Shown here one piece after another: positions 29,601 through 40,058 of a DNA stretch of 64,000 bases. The position numbers and the translations under genes are program-made. The notes under the pieces are model-generated. The model searched no databases and had not been told where the DNA came from. It worked only from the letters and a program-made list of their open reading frames with translations. The DNA comes from a virus, in IMG/VR virus record IMGVR_UViG_3300046820_002137, positions 32,001 to 96,000 of that record; one strand, 5' to 3'. The stretch's first letter is position 1, and every line of letters begins with the position of its first letter.

Positions 29601-32211
29601 CATCCGGTCTTGCCCATAATACTTCAGCATTATCTATTTGGTAATATAATATATCATCATCTGTAGGATTTCCGGGGTCATTAATCTCAATTACCGGAGT
29701 TCCTCTTGTTGACCCAGTAATTGCTCTATTATTAAACTGATTATCATTGGTTAGGCCAGTTAAATTTGGGTCTTGTGAATTTGTAGGTTCAATAAAAGAT
29801 ACCATTTGACCTACATTCCAATTTACAGATGGTTTAGCCATCAATATTATCACATTATCTAAGTGCCATTTACTAATACCATTCCCAGGTAAATCAATTG
29901 CAAAAGACGCCTTTATTCTATTATACCCTCCTCCAGGATTAAAAGCGCTTTCATCAAAATACTTAGCTTTGGTATTTAAAATATTAAGTCTTTCCCAGAA
30001 AGGTAAACTTGGAGAGTATATAAATTCAAATCCCGGTTCATCATCAATCTCAAATGGTACAGGATATGGTGCTCTAGATATTTCACTTCCATTATATGGT
30101 CTTCCCGCAATTATTAATCCATATGCGGCATCAGGATTTCCGGCCGGGCAAATTCTCCAATTTGAAGGTTGGAAAAATGGGGTGATGAAGGTTGATGCTC
30201 CTATTTGGTTTGCCGTATTTAATAAGTCAGCTCCTGCCGATGAAACCGAGCCAACACTAGTTTGACTACCACCATCTTGTGCCGGTTCATCACATGAGCA
30301 CATTTCACAATTAGGATAGGTTAACATTGGTAGGTTCATTGACCCATTTCGACATCTATCTTCGAAGTCATCAGCAATACCTTGGAATTTGTCGCACACC
30401 CTAGATAATGTATCACATAATCCACTTAAAAATCCAAATGGGGTTATATTTAAAAAAGAAGTTCCAGCAATAGAACAAATACCATCCGCAATTGCACATA
30501 TAAAACCAGCAATACCTTCCATAACCACCCAAAGAATACACACAATCAAACCAACTATATGTTTTAAAAGTATTACTGCAAATAATATTGGTGTGAAAAT
30601 TCCTAATATAAATGTGAACAATATATATATTATATCGTTTTGGAACATACCGTCGTTTGCGGGAAACTTATTGTGAGTACCCTCACATTCCTCATTCAAA
30701 ATATCTTTAATCGCAATTATTTTATATCTATTCAAACCACCTCTATGTTCGGAAATCATTTGTGACACAGTATAAACTTTACTGTGAATCATTTCATAAA
30801 ATCTGTCTTCACAATTAACCGCCTCATCAACCATAAGTAATCCGGTTGGAGTTAGGTTACCTCCTGAGTCGGTCTCTCCATATTCATTCCAATCCAAACT
30901 AAAAGCATAAGATGCTCTAACCTGTTTATACTGAGGACTAGCCAATAAAGTAGTTGTTGGTGCAATACACCCTACAAAAGCTTCAGTTAAGAAGTTAGCA
31001 TCTTGTATTGATGGGTCTTGGTCATAAGAATCCCAACCCCATTCTTTAATGTTTGGTACCAAAAAAGCGCCTCTAATAACTTCATTAGACAGTGAAGGCG
31101 CTTGTTCCCATTTAACTTTAAACCTATATTTTCCTTTTGTTGGTATACCTACGTTAGGGTCGTTAGAAATTTGTCTATTACCAAATTCATCAGTATAAAC
31201 ATAATCTAAATTCATAGGTACATCTATTAACCATGTCCCATTTTCGTCTACACATTTACCTCCATTTTCTAATTCATAGGTTTCAAGTACAGGTCTTCCG
31301 TCTGAATCTATATTTATAGTTTGTCTTATTGACAATAGTTCCCCAGGACCTGTAATTAAATTACACAAATTTCCAATTTTTTTTCTAGCCTTACAGTTTC
31401 TTTTCACCGCCTCTTTATCAACATTAGAAAATATTGACCCCATAAAAATAGCCGCGGGTTCTATTTTGATACCAAATTCTTGTGATAAATCAAAATCTAT
31501 TCTTGTAATACCTAAATAACATATTTCAGGTTGTCCCCATAATGGAACTACTTCAATAGTTCTATTTGATTGTTTTATTTGTGGTAGTTCTCCTAAATTT
31601 GTAGACGCTCTAAATTCAGTTCCTGATACTTGCTGTTCATTAGCTAAATTAAGTCTTATCATATCCTGTGGTGATAATGAAAATTCACCAATATCCGATA
31701 AGTCAACATCTAAGTGAACTATTTGAGTACCGACAGGTACTCCAAATAACATAAAGTCACCACTATCATTTGTTTTAGTCGTATATTTATAATATTTTTC
31801 AAAAACCTCGGAAACTTCAGGTATAATTAAAACGTCTTCCCTCGATGGAAAAGTACCTGTTGGTATATGACCTCCGTGTGATTTTTCATAAGGAAGTAAA
31901 TTATAACGATATCCGTCATCATTTAAGTCATTGAGGGTCTTATATGGATAAATGTCATTGAGCGTAGGATTATTTTCATCACTATCTGATAATGGTATAA
32001 AGATTGAAACCTTGGCGTTTGGTATTCCAAGTCCATTATTGGCACTTACCCTGCCTACCACAACTCCATAATCAGAACATTGTCTAGTATAAATTTGACT
32101 TTGTAATATTTTTAAAGAAAGAATCTCTAACGACTCAAAATCCTGTTCTAACGCTATGTTTAGTGCTTTGTCAACACCAATTTTAGTCCTTAATCTATAT
32201 GAATTACCCAT
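26662..32211 (-). CDS. Large baseplate-associated protein with an N-terminal carboxypeptidase-regulatory/prealbumin-like domain and an internal hydrophobic segment
   Basis: 1849 aa; YGVVVGRVSANNGLGIPNAKVSIF…TTKTNDSGDFMLFGVPVG; a hydrophobic stretch of about 55 aa at ~30460-30635. Confidence 0.6.
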   Translation of the reverse strand: MGNSYRLRTKIGVDKALNIALEQDFESLEILSLKILQSQIYTRQCSDYGVVVGRVSANNGLGIPNAKVSIFIPLSDSDENNPTLNDIYPYKTLNDLNDDGYRYNLLPYEKSHGGHIPTGTFPSREDVLIIPEVSEVFEKYYKYTTKTNDSGDFMLFGVPVGTQIVHLDVDLSDIGEFSLSPQDMIRLNLANEQQVSGTEFRASTNLGELPQIKQSNRTIEVVPLWGQPEICYLGITRIDFDLSQEFGIKIEPAAIFMGSIFSNVDKEAVKRNCKARKKIGNLCNLITGPGELLSIRQTINIDSDGRPVLETYELENGGKCVDENGTWLIDVPMNLDYVYTDEFGNRQISNDPNVGIPTKGKYRFKVKWEQAPSLSNEVIRGAFLVPNIKEWGWDSYDQDPSIQDANFLTEAFVGCIAPTTTLLASPQYKQVRASYAFSLDWNEYGETDSGGNLTPTGLLMVDEAVNCEDRFYEMIHSKVYTVSQMISEHRGGLNRYKIIAIKDILNEECEGTHNKFPANDGMFQNDIIYILFTFILGIFTPILFAVILLKHIVGLIVCILWVVMEGIAGFICAIADGICSIAGTSFLNITPFGFLSGLCDTLSRVCDKFQGIADDFEDRCRNGSMNLPMLTYPNCEMCSCDEPAQDGGSQTSVGSVSSAGADLLNTANQIGASTFITPFFQPSNWRICPAGNPDAAYGLIIAGRPYNGSEISRAPYPVPFEIDDEPGFEFIYSPSLPFWERLNILNTKAKYFDESAFNPGGGYNRIKASFAIDLPGNGISKWHLDNVIILMAKPSVNWNVGQMVSFIEPTNSQDPNLTGLTNDNQFNNRAITGSTRGTPVIEINDPGNPTDDDILYYQIDNAEVLWARPDGTGNNPTYYNLTARTNNNYAKFQMDVEYFQVIHNTTVGEYMARAQAVGNPFPGTLYNRVMNSDMTTFQYLFRTDVAGVDNSYPFTIPPIPPFDYPPTWVFPFTTYGASGNLGFTCLKDFSLQKLIFLVRGVDPYSTRQRCRFDISRLYGVDTDFNSAWAADPFYIVEDNFKLNIPIQGGFKCVRHLGSNGSADVYTPGEYLFHPSYELSLDPSLFQTFTSSATTTYSRMDSTYYTNTIDGWPPAVETLGPSGTLRIISNNRMTRDFWNSVEPLPISPFYRPYGGSNSYPSIAPDVYTTGDLFSNNGLFYNTTTNGRACKGYFLNEIVEGGSYVYTNDSRLAASYSPFDATTFVFNTPPIYNWSNGFEASPPFSAYYCVPYNNDPAFIEDMIFDNSERIVMRSDRLFMSSTMLYCDGTSTPTGHYIEISYPLMANNLLAVNTVNDNGLVSSASSPPGTGDAGAAADNLTELQNNPALPNNVAESLDCAGLAPLRCYSTDSDGMIILEPDTNNDCYRNVVNLGNISISPPQRDLIVENGCYKLVTAPMLTIPLDFYLVFEWSARIKLNFAACRNVFGHMFTNQWINGTLFMYPVRNQVRFTPPPENSPYICSCNQLVFPDYETNVLYYRSSPYRHPTGFVGKTNAFGFGPFDIEFEDSSGANVKLLQNPTTILDMGPRTKYTSELVLDPRYDGYVMNRLYHTSFKDVSELISQFFLSRLLSRSIAGLILEQFAAILGGGAAGVATDMIQRLFNDRGFKKVDGDYAQMVAINSQIGIKEFDPDEYYGSEPNSIPIVPTSSVFLNSSGARNNVFGIFYKEEVQLRDWISPHRLVVTPTGDLSNPCVYNDIPIFSQRVPIYQWIIKQNSDDDSIFGDQDNDWATDPSPVFFDSYYQEFDRLGASSPDSDFMHPENPTLYTYNKAYIFNVNPAGEIDPEPPLPPGNSNRTFTSSGPYYFYFGISLGKTAYDRFLVKWIKTDVYEF

Positions 32212-32284
32212 TAAACACTTTTTTCATAAATAGTTTATTTGCCACTTTACTAGAAGATAGTTTATTATCGGGCAAAATAAATTA

Positions 32285-34123
32285 TCAAGAAAAATTGACT
32301 GTAGAAAGATTCTTTACTCTAATATTAATATCCTTACTAGGGAATCTAACTTGATACGTCTGACTAGGTTCCGCAAATATTGTATCATCCACAAGTTCAA
32401 TCTGTCTTGTTAGACTGTCAGAATATCTCTGAGAGGTTTGAGACGACGAATAAGAACCTCCAACTTTGTTATAAACAACAATATCAGATAAAGAAATAAC
32501 TCCATTTTCACTTTGTATCTGTCTTCTTAATTCTGATATATAAACATTCTCTCCCATTTGTCTATTGGATGGGTCGAAGAAATCAGAAACTAAATTAATT
32601 ATGGATGAAATAACCGCTCCTTGATTTTGACTACTGTCTAATACAACATCAATTGTCAAAGATAAATCACAAACGTTAGCTGTTTCAACTGAAACATAAT
32701 CATTAATCATTCTATAATTAGACAAATAATTAGCAACATTATTCTTTAAAGTATTTGATACAATTTCTGTCAATTTACCGTTGTCATCATATGACAACAT
32801 CTTTATTCTTATTTTATTATTATCTTCAGTAATTGCCACTTTAGCCGGAGCTCCGAACTGAGATGGCATTGTTCTTATTATTGAGTCATAATCATTAACC
32901 GTAACCGCCCTGTTCTGTGCCGCAAAGTTAAAACTTACTAAGTTTCTAACCTCCTCAGTTGTTGGTGCCGCCGCACCACCAATAGCCGCAGTAACATTTG
33001 TACATCTTAATGAATTAATAACCGTATTATTTATAGAATCTGATGGTCCGTTAACAAAGAATGATACTGTACCTAATTGTGTAATAACATTAACACCTAA
33101 GTTACTATTAGCCCCACCACCAATTCTATATTGTACAAAAATAGTTGAGTTAGATTTCAATGTACTTCCTAATGCAAAATTATTCGAGTATTTATACAAA
33201 TCTAATTTATATCCATTACGGGCGAACTCTCTTAATTGTTCATCCGCAGATTGACTACCTCCACCAAATGTCATTTTCAAAAATCCTTCGGGTGTATATT
33301 CGGTAATAAATTTACTATTTGTTGTTATATATTTTCCAACTTTAATTCCTGGCCTATCTGTCTTTTTTGTAGGGTCTTCTATAAAAACTCTATCCTCCGC
33401 CAAAGCTTTGACTTCGTACCATCTATTATCAGAACCTAAAAATTCCTGAGCTGACGGTACATTAGCATACTGAGTACCGTCTTTTAATAATACTGAAGTC
33501 ACTCCCAATACATTTTTTTCAGGTAAAAATAATTCATAAAATGGTTTTACATCATTAGGTGTTACTACTTTTTTGAATACTTTGGTTATACCATTAACTA
33601 CTGTTTCTCTCTTAACAATAGTATAATTAAGTAACTTGTTATTTGCGTCAAATATTGGAATTTTAAGTCGATTGGGGTACCCATCAGCACTAACAGGGGA
33701 AGCGAAATCTATATCGTAAACTGTTTCAAAAACTTGTCCAGCTCCATTAACCTGTGAACCTCTCCTCAAAATACCACAGTATCTCAAGTCTTCTTTATCT
33801 CCAAATGCCGGAACTGTGATAGAAAAATCAACAAGAGCAACTGATGGTCTCTGTCCGGGTATTTTGAGTCCGTAAGTTCTAGCTATGTTATATATTGAGG
33901 ACCTCTGTTGAGCAAATTGTAAAACCGTTTCCTGTATACTTCTGTCTATGTTGAATTGTAAATTATCTGAAACAGCGGCATTTAAGTCCAACAACGCCGA
34001 AAATACTGACGCGTCGTTAAAATTACTTACCAAATCAGGATAATAGGTTTGTGTGAAATTTATTAACTCAGTCCTAATTGATTGGAAATCTCTAGTAGTA
34101 TACGATATTTTTTTATTTGCCAT
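32285..34123 (-). CDS. Baseplate wedge subunit (T4 gp6 / Baseplate_J-like)
   Basis: YTTRDFQSIRTELI, MTFGGG, VQYRIGGG…N and AQNRAVTVNDY; directly follows the gp25-like gene. Confidence 0.85.
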   Translation of the reverse strand: MANKKISYTTRDFQSIRTELINFTQTYYPDLVSNFNDASVFSALLDLNAAVSDNLQFNIDRSIQETVLQFAQQRSSIYNIARTYGLKIPGQRPSVALVDFSITVPAFGDKEDLRYCGILRRGSQVNGAGQVFETVYDIDFASPVSADGYPNRLKIPIFDANNKLLNYTIVKRETVVNGITKVFKKVVTPNDVKPFYELFLPEKNVLGVTSVLLKDGTQYANVPSAQEFLGSDNRWYEVKALAEDRVFIEDPTKKTDRPGIKVGKYITTNSKFITEYTPEGFLKMTFGGGSQSADEQLREFARNGYKLDLYKYSNNFALGSTLKSNSTIFVQYRIGGGANSNLGVNVITQLGTVSFFVNGPSDSINNTVINSLRCTNVTAAIGGAAAPTTEEVRNLVSFNFAAQNRAVTVNDYDSIIRTMPSQFGAPAKVAITEDNNKIRIKMLSYDDNGKLTEIVSNTLKNNVANYLSNYRMINDYVSVETANVCDLSLTIDVVLDSSQNQGAVISSIINLVSDFFDPSNRQMGENVYISELRRQIQSENGVISLSDIVVYNKVGGSYSSSQTSQRYSDSLTRQIELVDDTIFAEPSQTYQVRFPSKDINIRVKNLSTVNFS

Positions 34124-34128
34124 ATTAT

Positions 34129-34587
34129 TTAAATATTAATTATAACAAAATCACTAGCATTAAAAACATCACTATTAATTCTGTAATCAATTTTTATCTT
34201 TGCGGTATGTTCCAAAGTACCTATACCCGGAACTCTAAAAACTCTATCATCATTATCATTAATATATGAACCCTTATCTTCGTCTCCATCTGAAGCGGGT
34301 TTAATATCTATTTTAGTTATTGTAATTCCGGGTATGTATTCACCAACTGAATCTCTAATCTCAGATTCTATTTCTGAAAATGTTGGTCCATCCAACGGTT
34401 CAAATAGATATTCGTACAACCTTGTTCCAAAATCAGGTAAAAAATATCTTGTACCTTTTCTTGTTAATATTAAATGAACCAAATCAGTTCTAATTTCCTC
34501 ATCTTTAGTTGTTGATAAATCAAAATAAGTCCCATTAAAAGAATCTCTAAAAGGAAAATTTATACCGTATGTTTTTCCGTTTGCCAT
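34129..34587 (-). CDS. Baseplate wedge / sheath initiator (T4 gp25, GPW_gp25 family)
   Basis: GINFPF…IRTDLVHLILTRKGTRYFLPDFGTRLYEYLFEP signature. Confidence 0.9.
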   Translation of the reverse strand: MANGKTYGINFPFRDSFNGTYFDLSTTKDEEIRTDLVHLILTRKGTRYFLPDFGTRLYEYLFEPLDGPTFSEIESEIRDSVGEYIPGITITKIDIKPASDGDEDKGSYINDNDDRVFRVPGIGTLEHTAKIKIDYRINSDVFNASDFVIINI

Positions 34588-34599
34588 TTATAATAAATA

Positions 34600-35223
34600 C
34601 TATTCAGTTGATTTTATATTATAATAATAACTATCACCATCTTCGGCGACCCATCTATCTGACAAAGTTTCAACTGAAGGTAAATCAGTGTCAACTTTAA
34701 TCTCTTTTGGTTCTATTGGGAATTTGTTTGTAACCCAATTTGAATCCTTCCAATAAATTCTATTATTGGGTTGGCACAAAAGATAACCGTCATCACCAAT
34801 TAAAATGTGACCACACTTATAATCTGAAGGTTCATCAGAATATGGATTTCTGTACCAATCAATCGTCATAAGATATGTTGCCCAAATTTTTGAGCCATCC
34901 CTTAAAACAACCTGACACCTTTTTTCATATAAATAATCATAAGTTGTTACAGTTACGTTTTCAGAAAAACAATCCCATAATTGTTTAAAGTGAAACGGTA
35001 TGTCGTTAGTCGGTTCCTTCATGAATATTTCAGAAATAGGAACCCTTGACCTCATCATTCCATAATCCGTCATTACATGGAATGTTAATATTTTTCCAGC
35101 AACTGATTGGACGGCAAAAGCGTAAGCCTTGTGGAATTTATTATCATCTTTAGGATTTTTTGTAAAATGTGATACCCTAACTAAACACTTAAACAATTCA
35201 ATGTTTTCATTATATACCGCCAT
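34600..35223 (-). CDS. Conserved phage protein of unknown function
   Basis: 207 aa; the motifs RVPIS, LWDCFS, YLMTIDW, SDEPSDYKCGH and QPNNR recall a widespread uncharacterised phage family (from memory, not searched). Confidence 0.65.
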   Translation of the reverse strand: MAVYNENIELFKCLVRVSHFTKNPKDDNKFHKAYAFAVQSVAGKILTFHVMTDYGMMRSRVPISEIFMKEPTNDIPFHFKQLWDCFSENVTVTTYDYLYEKRCQVVLRDGSKIWATYLMTIDWYRNPYSDEPSDYKCGHILIGDDGYLLCQPNNRIYWKDSNWVTNKFPIEPKEIKVDTDLPSVETLSDRWVAEDGDSYYYNIKSTE

Positions 35224-35242
35224 ATTAATAAATATCTTAAAT

Positions 35243-35267
35243 AAAAAATCCCGATTACTCGGGATTT
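35243..35267 (-). terminator. Intrinsic terminator downstream of nrdA
   Basis: Hairpin aaatcccga-ttac-tcgggattt with a U-tract on the - strand. Confidence 0.75.
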
Positions 35268-35270
35268 ATT

Positions 35271-37703
35271 TTATGATGAACAACCAAAACATTCAAACTC
35301 AGAATTTGCGGGTTTCGGTGGTAAATTCATGTTACTATAATCAACCTTTGGTGGTTCAGGTGTTACATTTGGTTTTGATACTTTTGATATATCTACTGCC
35401 AAGTGTTTTGCTCCCGTTGAAATTGCCTTTGTTCTAACATAGTAACAAAGTGTTTTCAGTCCCTTTTCCCATCCATAGAAGTGAGAAGACGATATCTTAG
35501 AAAGAGTTGGATTACCCATATAGATATTCATTGATTGTGATTGGTCAATAAAAGGAGCTCTGTCAGCCGCCATCTCAATTAATTCCTTTTGTGAAATTTC
35601 CCAAATTGTTTTGTATTTTGGGATTAGATGTTCAATTCTTTTAACTTTCTTATTGTATTGTTTGTCCTCGGGGTCAAGGTAGTTATTGAAATTAATTCCC
35701 TGAACTGAACCTTCATTAAGAATAATTTCATTCTTTAGGTCTTCTCCCCAAATACCAAGCTTCTCAAAATCGTTAATCAAATACTTGTTAACAATCATAA
35801 TCTCACCACCAACAACTCTTCTATTAAAAATGGCCGAGTGAGCGGGTTCTGTCATTTCATATGACCCTGTAATCTTGGCAGATGACGCGACAGGCATTTG
35901 AGCGGTGAATAAAGAGTTACAAACACCATACTTACTAACATTCTCCTTCAATATCCCCCAAGGCCATCTTCCTGACAACTCGTCTTCTTTAAGTCCCCAC
36001 ATATCAAACTGAAATATTCCGTTTGACATTGGTGACCCTTCAAAAAAGTCATACGGTTTATATTCACCATCAATACATAGTCTGTTACTTTCAGTGATGG
36101 CCGCAAAATAAATTGTTTCAAAAATTTCTTTATTAAGTTTTTTGGCTTCGTCAGATGTAAAGATGTAGTCCATCAAATAAAATACATCGGCAAGACCCTG
36201 AGTTCCAATGGCAATTGCTCTTTGTTCACGTCCACCCTTGTTTCCTTTTTCAGTTGAATAGTTGTTAATATCTACAACTTTGTTTAACGCCCTTACAACT
36301 TTACGGGTTTCTTCATACAACAACTGATGATTAAAATCTCCGTCTTTAATGAAGTTCTTTAATACCATTGATGACAATGTACAAATCGCAGTTGTATCTT
36401 CATCTGTATATTGGTAAATCTCATTACAAAGATTTGACTGTTTGATTACACCGATATTTTGGTGGTTTGTCTTTTTGTTCGCGTTGTCCTTTGAGCAAAG
36501 ATATGGAACACCAGTCTCAATTTGAGATTCAATAATCTTGGACCAAATTTCTTGGGCTTTAACTTTTTTACCAAGTCCTAATTCAACTGCTTTATTATAA
36601 TTTTCTTCATACTCATCCCCGTAACATTCTTGGAGGGGTTTAACACCCGCTTTCTTAATATCATTCGGACAGAACAAATACCAATCACCATTGTTCTTAA
36701 CAGCTTTCATAAAGTTATCGGGAATCCAAAGAGCCGTAAATAAGTCACGAGCTCTTAATTCTTCAGCACCTGTATTCTTTTTAATATCCAAAAGGTCAAA
36801 AATATCTTTGTGCCAAGGTTCCAAATAAATTGCCGCTGAACCAGGACGACGACCTTGTTGATTAAAGAAACGAAGTGATTCATTGACAATCTTCAAATAT
36901 TTCAAAAGTCCTCCGGCAAATCCACCTGATGATGAGATACGGCTTTCTTTACTACGAATATTTGACATAGAAAGACCAATACCTGCAGCATCTGATGAAT
37001 ATGTTGAGATGTCTCTCATTGTATTCAAAAGACCTTCTCTTGAGTCCGCATCATTAAAGTGAAGAACACAAGAGGCGAGTTGTGGAACCTTTGTACCGGC
37101 ATTAATCATAATTGGTGTTGCCGGTGAAATAAGTTGACTTGAAAGTGATTTGTAGTATTCAACAGCTTGTTCAAATGATTTAGTTACCCAAATTGCAACA
37201 CGCATGTACATGTGTTGTGGTCTCTCGATTGTTTTACCACTTGGTAGTTTCAAAAGATACATCTCTTGTAATGACCTCCAAGCAAAATAATCAAAATTAT
37301 AATCATTGTCGTGATTAATAACTTCATCAACATTAGATGGTCCGTAACTGCTAATCATATTTATAAACTCCTCATTAACAATTCCTTCTTTGTAAAGTGC
37401 CATCATAGTATTTGAGAAACTTGGGTTTGTTTCTTTATGATAAGATGAAATTGCAACAGATGACGCGAGTCTAGAATAATCGTGGTGACTACCAGTATAA
37501 GCGGCGGCTATTTCATAAATTAATTTATCCAAATCTTTGGTCATAATCTCACCTTCGGTTGGTACCGAAGTGATTACTTTAATAAAGATTTCGTCCGAAT
37601 TTACGTTCAAACCTTTCGCCGCTCTTTTAATTCGGTTATATATTTTCTGTGGGTTAAATGACGAGTCCTCCCCACTTCTTTTTTTAATTTTTAAAGACAT
37701 CAT
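35271..37703 (-). CDS. nrdA: Class Ia ribonucleotide reductase large subunit with N-terminal ATP cone
   Basis: IKKRSG ATP cone, ATP…NAG, LASC, SNLCNEI, CTLSS, MPVASS, YYVRT and C-terminal CFGC. Confidence 0.97.
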   Translation of the reverse strand: MMSLKIKKRSGEDSSFNPQKIYNRIKRAAKGLNVNSDEIFIKVITSVPTEGEIMTKDLDKLIYEIAAAYTGSHHDYSRLASSVAISSYHKETNPSFSNTMMALYKEGIVNEEFINMISSYGPSNVDEVINHDNDYNFDYFAWRSLQEMYLLKLPSGKTIERPQHMYMRVAIWVTKSFEQAVEYYKSLSSQLISPATPIMINAGTKVPQLASCVLHFNDADSREGLLNTMRDISTYSSDAAGIGLSMSNIRSKESRISSSGGFAGGLLKYLKIVNESLRFFNQQGRRPGSAAIYLEPWHKDIFDLLDIKKNTGAEELRARDLFTALWIPDNFMKAVKNNGDWYLFCPNDIKKAGVKPLQECYGDEYEENYNKAVELGLGKKVKAQEIWSKIIESQIETGVPYLCSKDNANKKTNHQNIGVIKQSNLCNEIYQYTDEDTTAICTLSSMVLKNFIKDGDFNHQLLYEETRKVVRALNKVVDINNYSTEKGNKGGREQRAIAIGTQGLADVFYLMDYIFTSDEAKKLNKEIFETIYFAAITESNRLCIDGEYKPYDFFEGSPMSNGIFQFDMWGLKEDELSGRWPWGILKENVSKYGVCNSLFTAQMPVASSAKITGSYEMTEPAHSAIFNRRVVGGEIMIVNKYLINDFEKLGIWGEDLKNEIILNEGSVQGINFNNYLDPEDKQYNKKVKRIEHLIPKYKTIWEISQKELIEMAADRAPFIDQSQSMNIYMGNPTLSKISSSHFYGWEKGLKTLCYYVRTKAISTGAKHLAVDISKVSKPNVTPEPPKVDYSNMNLPPKPANSEFECFGCSS

Positions 37704-37722
37704 AGTTTTAAAAGATAATCAA

Positions 37723-38670
37723 TTAAAAGTCGTCCGTAAAGGACAATGTTTCGTTCAACTTTGCTTTTTGGTACTCAACAGTTCTTGATTCAAAAAAGTT
37801 ACCTTTTGTTTCAACTGCAATTTGTTCCATGAATTTAAATGGTTGTTCAACATTAAATTGTTTCTTACATCCCATCTTAACAAGTAGACCATCGACCACA
37901 AACTCAAGATATTGTTTCATAAGGTTTGAATTCATTCCAATAAGTGAAACAGGAAGTGATTCTGTGATAAACTCTTTTTCAATTTCAAGTGCCGACAACA
38001 AAATTTCTTTAATTCTCTTTTCACTTGGTTTATTTTCACAATGGTTATTCAAAAGATGAATTGCAAAATCACAGTGTAGATTTTCATCCTTAAAAATAAG
38101 TGAATTAGCGTTACATAAACCTTGCATAAGTCCTCTTGACTTGAGCCAAAAAATTGAACAGAATGAACCTGAGAAGAAGATTCCTTCTACCGCCGCAAAT
38201 GCCACAAGTCTTTCTTGAAACGATGCGTTTGTAATCCAATCAAGAGCCCACTTAGCTTTCTTTTGGACTGCGGGAAGTCTGTCAATTGCATGGAAACATT
38301 CGTCTTTTTCTTTTGGATTTGACACATAGGTATCAATCAAAAGTGAGTACATTAGACTATGAATGTTTTCCATTGCAAGTTGGAAACCGTAAAAGAATTT
38401 TGCTTCAGGATATTGTACTTCTCGGTAGAAATTTTCAGCCAAGTTTTCGTTAACAATTCCATCTGATGCCGCAAAGAATGATAGAACATTCTTAACAAAG
38501 TATTGTTCATTTTCTGAAAGGTTTTCCCAATCACGAATATCCCCTGATAAATCAACTTCTTCTGCCGTCCAAAATGCCGCTTGATGCATTTTATAAAATT
38601 CCCATATATCGTTATGTTCGATAGGAAATATTACAAACCTATTTGGGTTTTCTACTAAAATCTTTTCCAT
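37723..38670 (-). CDS. nrdB: Class Ia ribonucleotide reductase small subunit
   Basis: [30 protein letters not shown] (radical Tyr), [14 protein letters not shown] and NFFESR. Confidence 0.97.
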   Translation of the reverse strand: MEKILVENPNRFVIFPIEHNDIWEFYKMHQAAFWTAEEVDLSGDIRDWENLSENEQYFVKNVLSFFAASDGIVNENLAENFYREVQYPEAKFFYGFQLAMENIHSLMYSLLIDTYVSNPKEKDECFHAIDRLPAVQKKAKWALDWITNASFQERLVAFAAVEGIFFSGSFCSIFWLKSRGLMQGLCNANSLIFKDENLHCDFAIHLLNNHCENKPSEKRIKEILLSALEIEKEFITESLPVSLIGMNSNLMKQYLEFVVDGLLVKMGCKKQFNVEQPFKFMEQIAVETKGNFFESRTVEYQKAKLNETLSFTDDF

Positions 38671-38675
38671 ATTTA

Positions 38676-40058
38676 TTAATTATTTTGTTGTTCTCTTTGT
38701 TTTCTTCTTTCGAGTAAATCTTTTACTCGTTGTCTCTGTTGTTCTTCTTTCTGCTCCTCAAGTCCTAAGAATGTTACTGAACTTTCGGTATCTATTTCTA
38801 ACATACCGTTATCGAACTTACAATTTTCAAATACAATACCGTCATCACCAATTCTTGATTTGGTTATGGCAATTGTAGCAAGTTTCATCTCTTTTTGTTG
38901 TAATGTTTTAGCAACAGAGATAATAACGTGACCAACTTGAGCTTTCTTAATTGACCCTCCCATTTGGTCTGTTGTTACAACCTCAGAAGAGATTGAACTT
39001 CTATTACCCTGTGTTGCCGTCCATCCAACTAAATTTAACTCGTGACACATCGCCTCGAAACCTCTCATAACCGAACCTTCACTCTTCCACTCATCACCCA
39101 AATTTTTATCAGGCACAATACAGTCGATATAATCTAATACAATCATATCTAATTTAACACCATCTGCAATCATCTTACGAATTTGATTTTTGATTTGCAG
39201 TATTGTTAAAGTATCAGATGGTAGTTTCTTTAAGATGAGTCGATTTTCCATCTTACTCTGTACCTCTCTAACCTTATCCATTACCTCATCTTTCTTATTT
39301 GATAACTCATCAGGGTGAACCTTTGTCCAAAGTGTGATGTGTTTACGTTGGATAATTTTAGGGTTATCCTCGAAGAATATTTGAAGTACGTTATATCCCA
39401 AATTAAATGCGTGGTTTGATATTTTGGTTAAGAATGTAGATTTACCTACACCTGTAGGGGCTAAGATAACACCTAATTCCCCTTTTGCCAAACCTCCCTT
39501 CAAAAGTCTATCGATTCCCGGTATTCCCATTGGAATCGGGTGACGATAATCCTCATTAAGTACATCATCCAAATTAGAGAATACGTCCGACATCCCATCC
39601 TCTCGTTCCCCAACTTGAAGGGCCTCTCTAACTAATTCTTCGAGTTTATCATAACTTTCAAACTCACCACCATCAATAACTTTTTGAGCTTTAGTAATGG
39701 CTTTCTGTAGTTCTTGTTGTTTACAAAACTTGAGAGCCTTTTCTTGAATGAAACCACTACCTTCAATTGGTGAATCTTTAATTTTTGTGATGGTATCCAA
39801 CACAATCTTAGACGCCAATTCTTGTTGTAGTTCCGACTTAGTTATCTGTTCTAATGTATCAAAAGTTGGTACGTGTTCGTATTTGGAATAGTACTCCTTA
39901 ATCATTTGCAAGATGATTTTGAAGTACTTATTTTCAAAATATTGTTGTTCTATAACGTCAATTATGGACCTTCCGAACTCTTTATCAATAATGATTTGAT
40001 TCAATAATTGTATTTGAAAAGAAGACCCTAAATAATCGAAATTTTTGTTTGACGCCAT
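38676..40058 (-). CDS. Replicative DnaB/gp41-like SF4 helicase
   Basis: Walker [12 protein letters not shown], Walker B VLDYID, ATQGNR and KSR. Confidence 0.92.
   Translation of the reverse strand: MASNKNFDYLGSSFQIQLLNQIIIDKEFGRSIIDVIEQQYFENKYFKIILQMIKEYYSKYEHVPTFDTLEQITKSELQQELASKIVLDTITKIKDSPIEGSGFIQEKALKFCKQQELQKAITKAQKVIDGGEFESYDKLEELVREALQVGEREDGMSDVFSNLDDVLNEDYRHPIPMGIPGIDRLLKGGLAKGELGVILAPTGVGKSTFLTKISNHAFNLGYNVLQIFFEDNPKIIQRKHITLWTKVHPDELSNKKDEVMDKVREVQSKMENRLILKKLPSDTLTILQIKNQIRKMIADGVKLDMIVLDYIDCIVPDKNLGDEWKSEGSVMRGFEAMCHELNLVGWTATQGNRSSISSEVVTTDQMGGSIKKAQVGHVIISVAKTLQQKEMKLATIAITKSRIGDDGIVFENCKFDNGMLEIDTESSVTFLGLEEQKEEQQRQRVKDLLERRKQREQQNN

Noticed and set aside
35271-38670. Eukaryotic or giant-virus (NCLDV) origin suggested by eukaryote-like RNR and Cys-rich mucin-like proteins
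   Set aside because: Sheath, tube, baseplate, gp32, gp41-like genes, operon overlaps and intrinsic terminators indicate a tailed phage.
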